Origin: Alphaproteobacteria bacterium
GTDB lineage: Bacteria > Pseudomonadota > Alphaproteobacteria > UBA7887
Reading direction: 5' to 3'
Assembly (NCBI GenBank): GCA_965216755.1
Contig: CBDCGL010000011.1
Span: 3,232,001-3,296,000 of the forward strand
Length of the DNA stretch: 64,000 bases
Within the stretch, counting starts at the first letter, position 1. Every line of letters starts with the position of its first letter. Made by a program: the position numbers and the translations under genes. Under the pieces are notes generated by a model. It was not told the DNA's origin. It made no database searches and saw only the letters and a program-made list of their open reading frames with translations. Below are positions 20,732 through 30,376 of this stretch, in pieces.

Positions 20732-22144
20732 TTAGTTTCGCGCCCGCCATCGCGCCCGAAAGGTGGCGCCTTGCGGCGCCGGCATATCGCGGCCGTCAGT
20801 CCAACCGCTGGCGAAAGGCCATGCGCGGAAGCGCCCCCGGCGGCGTCCCAATATTGCCATCACCGCCATCGCCAACCCCGTGACACGGCCGTATAAGACC
20901 GGTCGGGTCGCCAACCAGCGCCAGGCCGCCAAGCCAGCCCGGAACCGCGCCGGCGTCAAATGGCGCGCGAACTCCTGCTGGCGCCAATGGCGCATCATTT
21001 TCGGCAGGGGGATGCGCATCGGACAGACCGATTCGCAGCGCCCGCAGAAAGTCGAGGCGTTGGGCAAATGGGCGCCTTTTTCCAACCCGACCAGCGCCGG
21101 AGTCAACACCGCGCCCATGGGGCCGGGATAAACCCAGCCATAGGCGTGGCCGCCGACGGTGCCATAGATGGGACAATGGTTCAGGCACGCGCCACAGCGG
21201 ATGCAACGCAACATGTCTTGAAACTCGGTGCCGAGCATTTTGCTGCGGCCATTGTCCAAAAGCACCACGTGAAAGGCATCGGGCCCGTCTTGGTCGCCGG
21301 CACGGCGTGGCCCGGTGGTGACCGTGGTGTATGACGCCATTTCCTGGCCGGTGGCGGAGCGCGCCAACAGCCGTACCAGGGTGGTCATGTCTTCCAGCGT
21401 CGGCACCACTTTTTCCAGACTCGCCAAAACGACCTGCGTCTTGGGCAGGGCCTGGGTCAAATCCGCATTGCCTTCATTGGTGACCAACACGGTCGAGCCG
21501 GTTTCCGCGATCAGAAAATTGGCGCCCGTGATGCCGATATCCGCGTCCAGAAACTTTTGGCGCATGATTGCGCGGGCTTCCGCGATCAAGGCGCGGCGCT
21601 CGGTCAACCGTTCGGTCAGGCCGTACTTAGCATGATGTTCGACAAACAGATCGGCGACCTGTTCCTTGGTCTTATGCGCCGCCGGCGCGATCAAATGGCT
21701 GGGCCGCTCCCCCGCCAGCTGGACGATATATTCGCCGAGATCGGTCTCGACCACATCGACGCCATGGTCGGACAAGAAATCGTTGAGTTCGATTTCTTCG
21801 GCGATCATTGACTTGCTTTTGGTCGCCGAACGCGCACCGGCATCGCGGCACAGGCCCAAAACGATGTCGCGGGCCTCGGCGCCATCGCGTGCCCAATGGA
21901 CATGGCCGCCATGCGCCGTGACATTGGCCTCAAAGCGCTCGAGATAAAGATCGAGATGGGCAAGCACGTGGTTCTTGAGATCGCGGCCGGCGTCGCGCAA
22001 ATCTTCGAATTCCGGCATATCGTCGACCGCCAGATGACGGCGTTCGACGAAGCCGCGCTTCATGTTGGTCAGTACGCCCTGCAGATTATCATCGGCCAAG
22101 GCGGCGCGCGCGTTGTGCTTGAAATTCGGCGTGGTGATGTGCAT
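20732..22144 (-). CDS. lutB: Lactate utilization Fe-S protein B
   Basis: KSKSM, ETDLGEY, RSATGQ, CIRCGACLNHCP, STFCGRCESVCP. Confidence 0.94.
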   Translation of the reverse strand: MHITTPNFKHNARAALADDNLQGVLTNMKRGFVERRHLAVDDMPEFEDLRDAGRDLKNHVLAHLDLYLERFEANVTAHGGHVHWARDGAEARDIVLGLCRDAGARSATKSKSMIAEEIELNDFLSDHGVDVVETDLGEYIVQLAGERPSHLIAPAAHKTKEQVADLFVEHHAKYGLTERLTERRALIAEARAIMRQKFLDADIGITGANFLIAETGSTVLVTNEGNADLTQALPKTQVVLASLEKVVPTLEDMTTLVRLLARSATGQEMASYTTVTTGPRRAGDQDGPDAFHVVLLDNGRSKMLGTEFQDMLRCIRCGACLNHCPIYGTVGGHAYGWVYPGPMGAVLTPALVGLEKGAHLPNASTFCGRCESVCPMRIPLPKMMRHWRQQEFARHLTPARFRAGLAAWRWLATRPVLYGRVTGLAMAVMAILGRRRGRFRAWPFASGWTDGRDMPAPQGATFRARWRARN

Positions 22145-22164
22145 CGCGACGCTTTCTATCGCGC

Positions 22165-22929
22165 CTAGTCCGGCTCGCCAATCGCCGGCGCGTCGGCCAT
22201 ATCCGCCAGCACTTCTGCAATATGACGGACGCGCACCGGCGCGCCACGGCGGTGCAGGCGGCCGGCCATGTTCATCAGGCAACCGAGGTCGCCGGCCAGC
22301 AATGTGTCGGCGCCCGTGGCGATCACTGAATCCGCTTTTTCATCAACCATTTTGACCGAAATGTCGGCATATTTGACGCAGAATGTGCCGCCGAAGCCGC
22401 AACACACATCGGCATCCGGCAGATCACGAAGCGACAGGTGATCAACAGAAGCCAACAATTGCCGCGGCTGATCATGGACCTTCAATTCGCGCAAGCCGGC
22501 GCAGGAGTCGTGATAGGTCGCAATACCGTCAAGACGCGCCGCGACATTGTCGATCTGACGCACGTCGACCAGAAAAGACGTCAGTTCAAATGTGCGACCG
22601 GCCAATTCGGTCGCCCGCTCGCGCATGGCGCGGTCGTCGTCAAACAAACTCGGGAAATGCACCTTGATCATGCCCGCGCATGAACCGGACGGCGCGACGA
22701 CATAGCGAAAACCGTCGAACGCGTCGATCACCTGCCGCGCGATCACGCGGGCACCATCGAAATCGCCACTGTTATAGGCCGGTTGGCCGCAACAGGTTTG
22801 CGCATCGGGCACAGAGACGCGGCAGCCGGCATCTTCCAGTAATTTGACCGTGGCAAAACCAACCCGTGGTCGAAACAAATCGACCAGACAGGTGATAAAC
22901 AAAGCCACATCGATCGGCGTATCCGACAT
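22165..22929 (-). CDS. lutA: Lactate utilization protein A (two CCG domains)
   Basis: LFITCLVD, QTCCGQP, PSGSC, YHDSC, CCGFGGTF. Confidence 0.93.
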   Translation of the reverse strand: MSDTPIDVALFITCLVDLFRPRVGFATVKLLEDAGCRVSVPDAQTCCGQPAYNSGDFDGARVIARQVIDAFDGFRYVVAPSGSCAGMIKVHFPSLFDDDRAMRERATELAGRTFELTSFLVDVRQIDNVAARLDGIATYHDSCAGLRELKVHDQPRQLLASVDHLSLRDLPDADVCCGFGGTFCVKYADISVKMVDEKADSVIATGADTLLAGDLGCLMNMAGRLHRRGAPVRVRHIAEVLADMADAPAIGEPD

Positions 22930-22992
22930 AGGTGCGCGCACCGTCTGTAGACCTCAAAAGCGCGCGACCCTACACGCTTGTCGGCTTTCGGT

Positions 22993-24231
22993 CTAGTTCG
23001 CGGGAGCCGCGTGTCGATCGACGGTGGTGCGCGGAATCAGCGCGTAATAACGCCCCGCATGCTTCATGCGTCCGGCCACCGCCGCAGCATCGCCACCATA
23101 GCCCCAAAAGACGTCACCACGAACCGGACCGCGGATGGCGCCGCCGGTATCCTGTGCCATCACCAGTCTCTGCCATGGCCGGTCCGGGGCACCGGGATCG
23201 ATCGCCGGCACTTCGATATCTAGCCAGAGCGGCGTGCCAAGGGGAATGAGATCACGGTCCACCGCCAGCGATCGCCCAACGGTTAGCGCCACGCCTTGCG
23301 CGCCGATTGGCCCATCACCATCGAGCTCGCGAAAAAAAATGTATGACGCATTGCTGTTCATGATCTCGGCCGCTTGATCCGGATGGGCGGCCAGCCATTG
23401 GCGAATCGACTGCATAGAGACCTGCTCGCGGGCAAGCGCTCCGTTTTCGACCAGAACCCGGCCGATCGCCGTGTAGGGATGGCCGTTCTGGCCGGCATAA
23501 CCAACGCGAACCGTGGCGCCGTCATCCAGATTGACGCGCCCCGATCCCTGGATATGCAGGAAGAACGCGTCGACCGGGTCGTCGACCCACAGCAACGGCG
23601 GCGCGACATTCGCCAAGGCACCGTTTTCGATGTCGGCGCGAGACGGAAGCGGTACGACTCGACGCCCGACGACGCGACCGCTGAGCCGCTGTCCGCGCAA
23701 GGCATCGCGGAAAGCCCCCAAGTCAATCGTGACCACATCGTCGGGCGGCGCGCGCAAGGGCGTCGCGTAGACCGCGCTGGGTTGCCGCGCGCCTTTGAGC
23801 GCCGCTTCGTAGTAGCCGGTGAACAGGCCAACCGGGTTCGCGCCGGCGGCAACCACAAATGGGACGAACGCGGCTTCGAAATAGTCGCGCGCGGCATCAT
23901 GGTCGTCCGGATTCAGTTTGTCCGCCGTTGCACATGGCTGGCGCCAATCATGCCCCGCGATGGAGATCGGACCGAACTGCCAGACGTCATCGTCGGCGCG
24001 GGCGGCCAACTTTACGCATGAGCGCCGTAGCGCGGCCAAGCTTTCGCCAATCGCATCCTCGTGCCATCCGCTCAAATGGGCAAAGGTCGTCTCAGTCAAA
24101 GTGAGCGGTGCCACGGGCCGTGACGGCATCGGCGCCAACCACCCTCCGACGGCTATGGCCACGGCCACGGCCACACCGAGCAACACAATATTCAGGCGGG
24201 TGGTTTGTTTCACGGCCGGGGTCCGTTCCAC
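22993..24231 (-). CDS. mltA: Membrane-bound lytic murein transglycosylase A
   Basis: FTGYYE, FFLHIQGSG, NGHPY, RSLAVD, AQDTGGAIRG..RGDVFWG. Confidence 0.95.
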   Translation of the reverse strand: MERTPAVKQTTRLNIVLLGVAVAVAIAVGGWLAPMPSRPVAPLTLTETTFAHLSGWHEDAIGESLAALRRSCVKLAARADDDVWQFGPISIAGHDWRQPCATADKLNPDDHDAARDYFEAAFVPFVVAAGANPVGLFTGYYEAALKGARQPSAVYATPLRAPPDDVVTIDLGAFRDALRGQRLSGRVVGRRVVPLPSRADIENGALANVAPPLLWVDDPVDAFFLHIQGSGRVNLDDGATVRVGYAGQNGHPYTAIGRVLVENGALAREQVSMQSIRQWLAAHPDQAAEIMNSNASYIFFRELDGDGPIGAQGVALTVGRSLAVDRDLIPLGTPLWLDIEVPAIDPGAPDRPWQRLVMAQDTGGAIRGPVRGDVFWGYGGDAAAVAGRMKHAGRYYALIPRTTVDRHAAPAN

Positions 24232-24243
24232 GGCCCGGTCGAA

Positions 24244-24915
24244 TCAATCTTCGCTACGGGTTTCCGCCAGCTGCCAATTCGGATCGCGCGATCGAATATC
24301 GCGGGTAAAGGTCCAAATATCGTTGATGGTCGCCACTTGCGACGGATCGCCATCGATAACATCGCCATCCGCATTGCGCGTGACATTGACCTGTTCGCTC
24401 ATGAATTTGACCGTAACCGACGCGCGCCGGCCGGCGACGCTGGCATCGACCAGATCTGCCAAAATAATCGAAACCAAAGTCGTTTCCAAACGCTCGCCGG
24501 CCTCGTTGCGGCGATCGATTTCGGCGACAAATTGGCCATAGACGTCATTGTCGAGCAAACCACGCAACTGGCGTTTGTCGCCCGCAGCAAATGCGTTCAG
24601 TATCATCTCGAAGGCACCGCGGGCGCCTTCGAGAAAACCATCCTCAGAAAAACTCGGATCGGTGATTTTGAGCTGTGTCAGACCGGATGCGGACGATAGA
24701 TCAGTGTCACCGCGTCCTTGCCGCTCCGACTTACGGCGCGCGTCTGGCAAATTCACGACGGTATCCGAACCGCTATCGTCATTGTCCGCCACGGGTTCCG
24801 GCGGCGGCCGTTCATGGCCGGTGCGGCGACCCAAGACTCTGTGCAGCCTCAATAGCAGGAACGCCGCCACCATGGCGAACACTAAAATGTCCAGAAATTG
24901 GAAACCGCCGCTCAT
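24244..24915 (-). CDS. Tim44/TimA-family protein
   Basis: N-terminal TM then VLGRRTGHE; FLEGARGAFEMI; WTFTR..DPNWQL. Confidence 0.92.
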   Translation of the reverse strand: MSGGFQFLDILVFAMVAAFLLLRLHRVLGRRTGHERPPPEPVADNDDSGSDTVVNLPDARRKSERQGRGDTDLSSASGLTQLKITDPSFSEDGFLEGARGAFEMILNAFAAGDKRQLRGLLDNDVYGQFVAEIDRRNEAGERLETTLVSIILADLVDASVAGRRASVTVKFMSEQVNVTRNADGDVIDGDPSQVATINDIWTFTRDIRSRDPNWQLAETRSED

Positions 24916-24981
24916 CTGCTGGATCGCGCCTGACGCGACGCGCCACAAGGCCGCCGCGTTTTGTGTTCCCTGATTGTTACC

Positions 24982-25010
24982 ACTCTAGAGTGTCCACCGA
25001 CTGGGGTCAA
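24982..25010 (-). promoter_or_regulatory. Putative sigma70 promoter of tim44-mltA-(lutABC-smr)
   Basis: Minus strand TTGACC-N17-TAGAGT. Confidence 0.6.
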
Positions 25011-25073
25011 AATGCCTCGACGGATCGGCGAATATTTTTCTCCTCGATGCCAATACCGCCAGGCGCATTGCTC

Positions 25074-25101
25074 TTTGGGAAATGGGTCCTGCAACCCATA
25101 T
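25074..25101 (+). promoter_or_regulatory. Putative sigma32 promoter of fxsA
   Basis: TTTG-N17-CCCATAT ending 8 nt before the ATG. Confidence 0.5.
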
Positions 25102-25109
25102 TCGCAACC

Positions 25110-25607
25110 ATGAATCCTTTTTTGCTGCTGCCGTTGGCGCTGGTTTTGGCCGAGATTGCCGCGTTTATTGCCATCGGTGGCCGGATTGGCATCGTCGCCA
25201 CCTTAGTTGAGGTGGTGCTGTCGGGTGCCATCGGCATGGCCTTGGTGCGCGCCCAAGCCAGCCGAATCGCCAGCGACATCGCCATGGCGTCCGAGACCGG
25301 CAAGGCACCGGTCGGCCCGGCATTGGACGGTGCCGGCCTCGGTCTTGCCGCGCTGCTCTTGCTCATTCCGGGTTTTGTCACCGATATCATAGGTTTGGCG
25401 ATCGCTATTCCGCCACTCCGGCGGCGGCTGGTGGGCCGACTTCTGCGGCGCATGCGCGCGTGGCACACACAACAACGGGGCCGCGCTTCGGGGCAAACCA
25501 TTGACGGCACGTTTCGCCATGTGGATGGTGACGACGTGCCGACACCACAGACGACACCTGTCGAGACCCTGCCCAAGCGATCCAACGGCCCAAGTTCAGA
25601 CACCTAG
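25110..25607 (+). CDS. fxsA: FxsA-family membrane protein
   Basis: EIAAFI..IG and LLLIPGFVTDIIG. Usual position between tim44 and secB. Confidence 0.9.
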   Translation: MNPFLLLPLALVLAEIAAFIAIGGRIGIVATLVEVVLSGAIGMALVRAQASRIASDIAMASETGKAPVGPALDGAGLGLAALLLLIPGFVTDIIGLAIAIPPLRRRLVGRLLRRMRAWHTQQRGRASGQTIDGTFRHVDGDDVPTPQTTPVETLPKRSNGPSSDT

Positions 25608-25709
25608 ATCAATCATCGTTCAGACGGCGTCGTTTGAACGAAGTTAAGTTGATCGACATAAGATAAATAGAGCATTTCATGCGAACGCATGTAAGCGTGA
25701 AATGCTCTA
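25605..25709. repeat. CIR/RIME/BRU-RS-like two-hairpin intergenic repeat (MITE-like)
   Basis: Hairpin 1 TCGTTCAGACG/CGTTTGAACGA inside GATCAA..TTGATC; A-rich spacer; hairpin 2 TAGAGCATTTCATGC/GCGTGAAATGCTCTA; TA at both ends. Confidence 0.7.
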
Positions 25710-25804
25710 ACCCGCGCAGGATTGCACCTTTCGTTGATCGGGCTTGGTTGTCACTATCGGGTATCCGTGTTAGCCCATCGACGAAGTCGAACAAGGAGAG
25801 CGTC

Positions 25805-26344
25805 ATGGCGGACGACAGCAGCACATCCGGCGCCAACGGCAACGGGTCGGGCGCGAACGGCGGCGCGCCGGCCGATCAGCCAACTATGCCCCGCATAGCC
25901 GTGCGCGGCCAATATGTCAAAGACCTTTCGTTTGAGAATCCGCGCGCGCCGGACAGCTTTGCGCCCAGCGACAAACCGCCGGAAATCAATGTCCAAGTCA
26001 ACGTCAATGGCCGCCGTTTGGCAGATGATGCCCACGAAGTCGAGATTCAGATTTCGGCACGCGCCAGCCAAAATGATGATGTGGTATTTATTACCGAGCT
26101 AACTTATGCCGGCGTATTTGGCATCTCTGACGTGACGCCGAACAATTTGCAGCCGGTCTTGATGATCGAATGCCCGCGGCTGTTGTTCCCGTTCGCGCGG
26201 CGAATCGTCGCAGACTGCACGCGCGACGGCGGTTTCCCACCGTTGTTGCTGGAGCCGATCGATTTCATGCGTCTATACATGCAACATCAGGAACAGCGGC
26301 GCCAGACACAGGCTTCGGCCGACGCCGCCACCGAAACCGCATAA
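25805..26344 (+). CDS. secB: Protein-export chaperone SecB
   Basis: QYVKDLSFENP, ECPRLLFPFAR, GGFPPLLLEPIDF. SD AAGGAG. Confidence 0.97.
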   Translation: MADDSSTSGANGNGSGANGGAPADQPTMPRIAVRGQYVKDLSFENPRAPDSFAPSDKPPEINVQVNVNGRRLADDAHEVEIQISARASQNDDVVFITELTYAGVFGISDVTPNNLQPVLMIECPRLLFPFARRIVADCTRDGGFPPLLLEPIDFMRLYMQHQEQRRQTQASADAATETA

Positions 26345-26367
26345 CATCGGCGTCAGATCGGCACAAA

Positions 26368-27045
26368 TTAGTGCCGCCAAATGACATCGCCGGAAAGCCT
26401 TTCCAGAAAGGCATCATGGGCTGCACGCTCTTCATCGGTCGCACCGTGCGGACGCGGTGGACGGGTTTCGCGGGCCGCGATCGTCGTCCGTTGTGCGCCG
26501 GCGATCGCCGCCGTCGATAGCGCCAGGTCCGGCTGTCGGCCGCCGATGAGTTCGACATAAACGTCGGCCAAGAGTTGCGCATCGAGTAAAGCGCCATGGA
26601 CCGTCCGCGCCGAATTATCGACACCAAAACGCTTGCACAACGCATCCAAGCTGGCCGGCGCGCCCGGGAATTTTCGCCGCGCCAAGGCTACCGTATCGAC
26701 CGCCCGCTCAGCTTGGATGATGGCACGTTCGGTCCGCGTGAGTTCCGCGTTTAGAAATGCCAAATCGAAACCGGCATTGTGAATCACCAAGCGGGCGTCG
26801 CCGATAAAGACCAGAAAATCTTCAACGATGTCCGCGAATTTCGGTTTGCCCCGCAGCATCTCGTTGGTGATACCGTGAATGCGAACGCTGTCTTCCGGCA
26901 CATCGCGTTCGGGATCGATATAGCGCTGAAACTGTTCGCCGGTCGCAATATGATTGACCATCTCTAGACAACCGATCTCGATAATCCGATCGCCGTTTTT
27001 GGGGTTCAGCCCGGTGGTTTCGGTATCCAGCACGACTTCACGCAC
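26368..27045 (-). CDS. dnaQ: DNA polymerase III epsilon subunit
   Basis: LDTETTG, HNAGFD, SLDALC, HGALLDA. Confidence 0.97.
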   Translation of the reverse strand: MREVVLDTETTGLNPKNGDRIIEIGCLEMVNHIATGEQFQRYIDPERDVPEDSVRIHGITNEMLRGKPKFADIVEDFLVFIGDARLVIHNAGFDLAFLNAELTRTERAIIQAERAVDTVALARRKFPGAPASLDALCKRFGVDNSARTVHGALLDAQLLADVYVELIGGRQPDLALSTAAIAGAQRTTIAARETRPPRPHGATDEERAAHDAFLERLSGDVIWRH

Positions 27046-27694
27046 GCGATTGCCCTTTTCTGGTCAGTCGTCGACAGGTTGAACCGCAGGCCCGAGGATC
27101 CGAAAGCGTCCGCAGGATGTGGCCGACGGCGGTTCGGCTATAGCGTTTGCTGAGACCCGTCAAGATCACAAAATCGGCGCGGCGGCGCTTGACCCGGTCC
27201 GGCATTTGCCGTTCAAGAATGCTTGACAGCTTCGCCCTTGTCATGCCCGGCCGACGTAACGCCCGCGTCCATTGCACGCGCGGCGGCGCACTGACCACAG
27301 CGGTATAGTCGCAGTTGCGATCACCACCGGTTTCGAACAGCAACGGCACGTCCAAGACCACGATCGGGACTCGCCGCGCGGCGGCCCGGCGCAAAAAAAG
27401 CGTCCGCCCACGCCCGACCATCGGGTGCAATATCGCCTCCAGGGTTTTCAGCGCCTCCGCGTCGCCAAACACACGCCGGCCCAGGGCGCCACGATCCACC
27501 GTGTCGTTTGCGCACACCTCCGGCCAGAGCCGCGCGATCGGCGCCACCGCGGCACCACCTTGCGCCAGCAAACGATGCACTTCCGCGTCGGCATCGAAAA
27601 TCGGCACGCCAAACTGTCGAAAAGTGTGTGCGGCGACGCTTTTGCCCATCGCGATGGATCCGGTCAAACCGAGCACAATCGGCCGTTTGCACAT
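27038..27694 (-). CDS. coaE: Dephospho-CoA kinase
   Basis: GLTGSIAMGKS, FDAD, LDVPLLFE. TAATG overlap with aroE. Confidence 0.96.
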   Translation of the reverse strand: MCKRPIVLGLTGSIAMGKSVAAHTFRQFGVPIFDADAEVHRLLAQGGAAVAPIARLWPEVCANDTVDRGALGRRVFGDAEALKTLEAILHPMVGRGRTLFLRRAAARRVPIVVLDVPLLFETGGDRNCDYTAVVSAPPRVQWTRALRRPGMTRAKLSSILERQMPDRVKRRRADFVILTGLSKRYSRTAVGHILRTLSDPRACGSTCRRLTRKGQSRA

Positions 27695-28536
27695 TAGCGT
27701 CCAGAATCGAGAACGGCGGCCCGAAGCGCCATGGTGACGTCCGGTGCGCGGCCAAACCAAGCTGCAAATCCCGGCCGACCTTGATGCAACAGCATGCCCA
27801 AACCGTCAACGACCGTGTTGCCACGCGCCTTGGCCGCCACCAATAACGGCGTCATCAGCGGTGCATAAACGATATCGGTCACCAAGGCGTCTGTCGGCAG
27901 CGCGGCAAGATCCAGATCCAGTGCCGGCTGCCCGACCATGCCCAACGTGGTGGTGTTGACCAACAGGCCAGCACCATCCAACGCCGCGCTACGGTCGGTC
28001 CAAGGCACAATTTCAGCAGCCAATCCAAGCGATTCGGCCATCGATTCGGCCCGTGACATCGTTCGGTTGATGAGCCGGATGACGGCCGCACCGGCATCGC
28101 TGAGGGCCACACAGACCGCGCGCGCGGCACCGCCAGCACCAATCACCACGGCCGGGCCGCGCGGCGCCCAATCCGGCGTGGTGTCACGCAGGCTCTCCAT
28201 AAACCCGAACGCATCGGTATTGGACCCACTCAAGGTGCCGTCGTCATTGACGACGATGGTGTTGACCGCGCCGATCCGTCGCGCCGCCGGATCGACCTGG
28301 TCAACCAACGCCAGACACCCTTCTTTGTGCGGCACCGTGACATTGATGCCCGCGAATCCCAGAGCCGGCAAGGCGCGTACCGCTGTTGCCAGCTTATCGG
28401 GCGGCACCGGCAGCGGCACATAGGCACCATCGATGCCATAAAGCGCCAGCCAATAACCGTGCAGCGCCGGCGATCGTGAATGGCCAACCGGCCAGCCGAT
28501 CACGCCGGCGACGCGTGCTTTGCCTGACAGAATCAT
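27694..28536 (-). CDS. aroE: Shikimate dehydrogenase
   Basis: [34 protein letters not shown]. Confidence 0.97.
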   Translation of the reverse strand: MILSGKARVAGVIGWPVGHSRSPALHGYWLALYGIDGAYVPLPVPPDKLATAVRALPALGFAGINVTVPHKEGCLALVDQVDPAARRIGAVNTIVVNDDGTLSGSNTDAFGFMESLRDTTPDWAPRGPAVVIGAGGAARAVCVALSDAGAAVIRLINRTMSRAESMAESLGLAAEIVPWTDRSAALDGAGLLVNTTTLGMVGQPALDLDLAALPTDALVTDIVYAPLMTPLLVAAKARGNTVVDGLGMLLHQGRPGFAAWFGRAPDVTMALRAAVLDSGR

Positions 28537-29177
28537 GCCGCCACGATGCCATGGCCGCGCAAAAAGTCGAGTAGCGGCAAAAGCGGCAGTCCCAAAATGG
28601 TTGCATGATCGCCGGCGATGGCGGCAAACAACTGAATCCCCAAGCCTTCGATGCGATAGCCGCCGACCGTTTCGGTCACCTCCGGACCCACGGCTTGCAG
28701 ATAGGTCTCCAGAAACCCATCAGAGAATTCCCGCATCGTCAGGCGTGCGCTTTGGTTCGCGCGCCAGACTACGCCGCCATTGCGCGCGACGCTAGCCGCG
28801 GTCACCAGTTCATGGGCCCGGCCTCGGAGTTTCCCAAGCTGGACCCGCGCCTCCGCCACATCGCCCGGCTTGTCGAACCAGTCATTGCCGCACACCAGCA
28901 TTTGGTCGGCGCCCAGCACCAACGCGCCATTGTAACGTTGTGAAACGCGGCACGCCTTGAGTGACGCGAGTGCATCGGCGACTTCAAGCGGCGATGCGTG
29001 CTCAGCCGCCATGGCACGTTTGACTTCCGCTTCGTCGACCGCCGCCGGATCGACGGTGAAGACGACTCCGGCTGCGCGCAGAAGCTCCGCCCGCGATCTG
29101 CTCGCCGACGCCAAAACCAATGGCGCGGTCTCTGGTCCCGTGACCGACGCACTAACGTTTGTGTTTTCTGCGATCAT
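28533..29177 (-). CDS. maf: Maf-family nucleoside triphosphate pyrophosphatase
   Basis: [29 protein letters not shown]. Confidence 0.93.
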   Translation of the reverse strand: MIAENTNVSASVTGPETAPLVLASASRSRAELLRAAGVVFTVDPAAVDEAEVKRAMAAEHASPLEVADALASLKACRVSQRYNGALVLGADQMLVCGNDWFDKPGDVAEARVQLGKLRGRAHELVTAASVARNGGVVWRANQSARLTMREFSDGFLETYLQAVGPEVTETVGGYRIEGLGIQLFAAIAGDHATILGLPLLPLLDFLRGHGIVAA

Positions 29178-30000
29178 GGCGGTTGCGATAGAGGGTCAAG
29201 ACGGCGGTCGCGGTTTCCTCGATGGATCGGCGAGCGACGTCAATAACCGGCCAGCCTTGCGCCGCAAACAGGCGTTTCGCCGCGCGCACCTCTGCGCGCA
29301 CCGCGTCCAGATCAACATAATCGGTGTCGGCGACCTGATCGAGGCTTTGCAGACGGCTACGGCGCACTTGCACCAGATTCTCCGGACTTGTCGTCAGCCC
29401 GACGACCAATGACTGCTCGGCCCGCAACACGTCCTCTGGCAGGCCCAGGTCCGGCACATACGGCACGTTGGCGGCACGCACGCCACGATTGGCCAGATAA
29501 ACGCAGGTTGGGGTTTTGGATGTGCGCGAGACCCCGACGAGAATAACGTCCGCCAAGTGGACATCGTGTAGTGCCTGGCCGTCATCATGGGCGAGCACGA
29601 ATTGCATGGCGTCGATGCGGGCAAAATAGTCTTCATCCAAAACATGCTGCCGGCCCGGGACATGGCCACTGTCGACACCCAAGTAAGCACTGACACCATT
29701 GATCACCTGATCAAGCACGGGAATGCACGGCACATTCAAGATCCGGCAACCATCGGCCAACGACTGCTGCAGCTCGGTCCCAACCAGAGTGTAAAGAACG
29801 ATGCCCGGCTGCGCCTTGATCGCCGCCAACACCTTGTCGATTTGGCTTTGTGTGCGCACCAAAGACCAGCTGTGCTCAATCGGTTCAACATCGTCAAACT
29901 GTACAAAAACCGCGCGCGCGACGCTGGACACCGTTTCGCCCGTGGAATCGGAGATCAGATGCAGATGGCAGCGCCGCATGGTCTGTGGATGACTGGTCAT
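29152..30000 (-). CDS. ppsR: PEP synthase/PPDK regulatory kinase-phosphorylase (DUF299)
   Basis: HLISDSTGET, HDDG, GVSRTSKTP, SIEETA. This gene typically flanks oriC in Alphaproteobacteria. Start may be 29979. Confidence 0.93.
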   Translation of the reverse strand: MTSHPQTMRRCHLHLISDSTGETVSSVARAVFVQFDDVEPIEHSWSLVRTQSQIDKVLAAIKAQPGIVLYTLVGTELQQSLADGCRILNVPCIPVLDQVINGVSAYLGVDSGHVPGRQHVLDEDYFARIDAMQFVLAHDDGQALHDVHLADVILVGVSRTSKTPTCVYLANRGVRAANVPYVPDLGLPEDVLRAEQSLVVGLTTSPENLVQVRRSRLQSLDQVADTDYVDLDAVRAEVRAAKRLFAAQGWPVIDVARRSIEETATAVLTLYRNRHDRRKHKR

Positions 30001-30360
30001 GAATTGTGGAGAAAGTAGTCGGTGCCCCCCATGAATACCAGTCGTCGGACTTTCATTCGAGATCTAGGTCCGGGCATCCACAATGGACAGCACGCGGCAA
30101 GCTTGCGACAGAATGCGTGGAAAACTCGCATTCTCCTCGAAATCCACAGGATTGTTGCCAGCTATCTGGGCATGACCGAACGACCGGCAGCTGCCACGTT
30201 TTGGGTACGATTTGACCAATCATCCCCAGATCGCCAGATGTTCCGCACACACGCCGGCGACATGTCGACAAACTGGGGATAATTTGGGATCCCCGGCTTC
30301 AAGCCGACAACAACCACATCTAAAAGATTCTTATAAGGATTCTTAATTTGAAGTTGTTCT
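29984..30360. other. Chromosomal replication origin oriC
   Basis: Between DUF299 and hemE. DnaA-box-like 9-mers at 29984, 30005, 30074, 30116, 30140, 30220 and 30274. Trio-like CAACAACCACATCTA followed by an AT-rich stretch (30321-30350) with two GANTC sites. Confidence 0.88.
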
Positions 30361-30376
30361 GTTAGAAGCGGGGGTC

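Noticed and set aside
30331-30357. CtrA box in oriC
   Set aside because: Only one TTAA half-site (30343-30346); neither neighbour at N7 spacing is TTAA.
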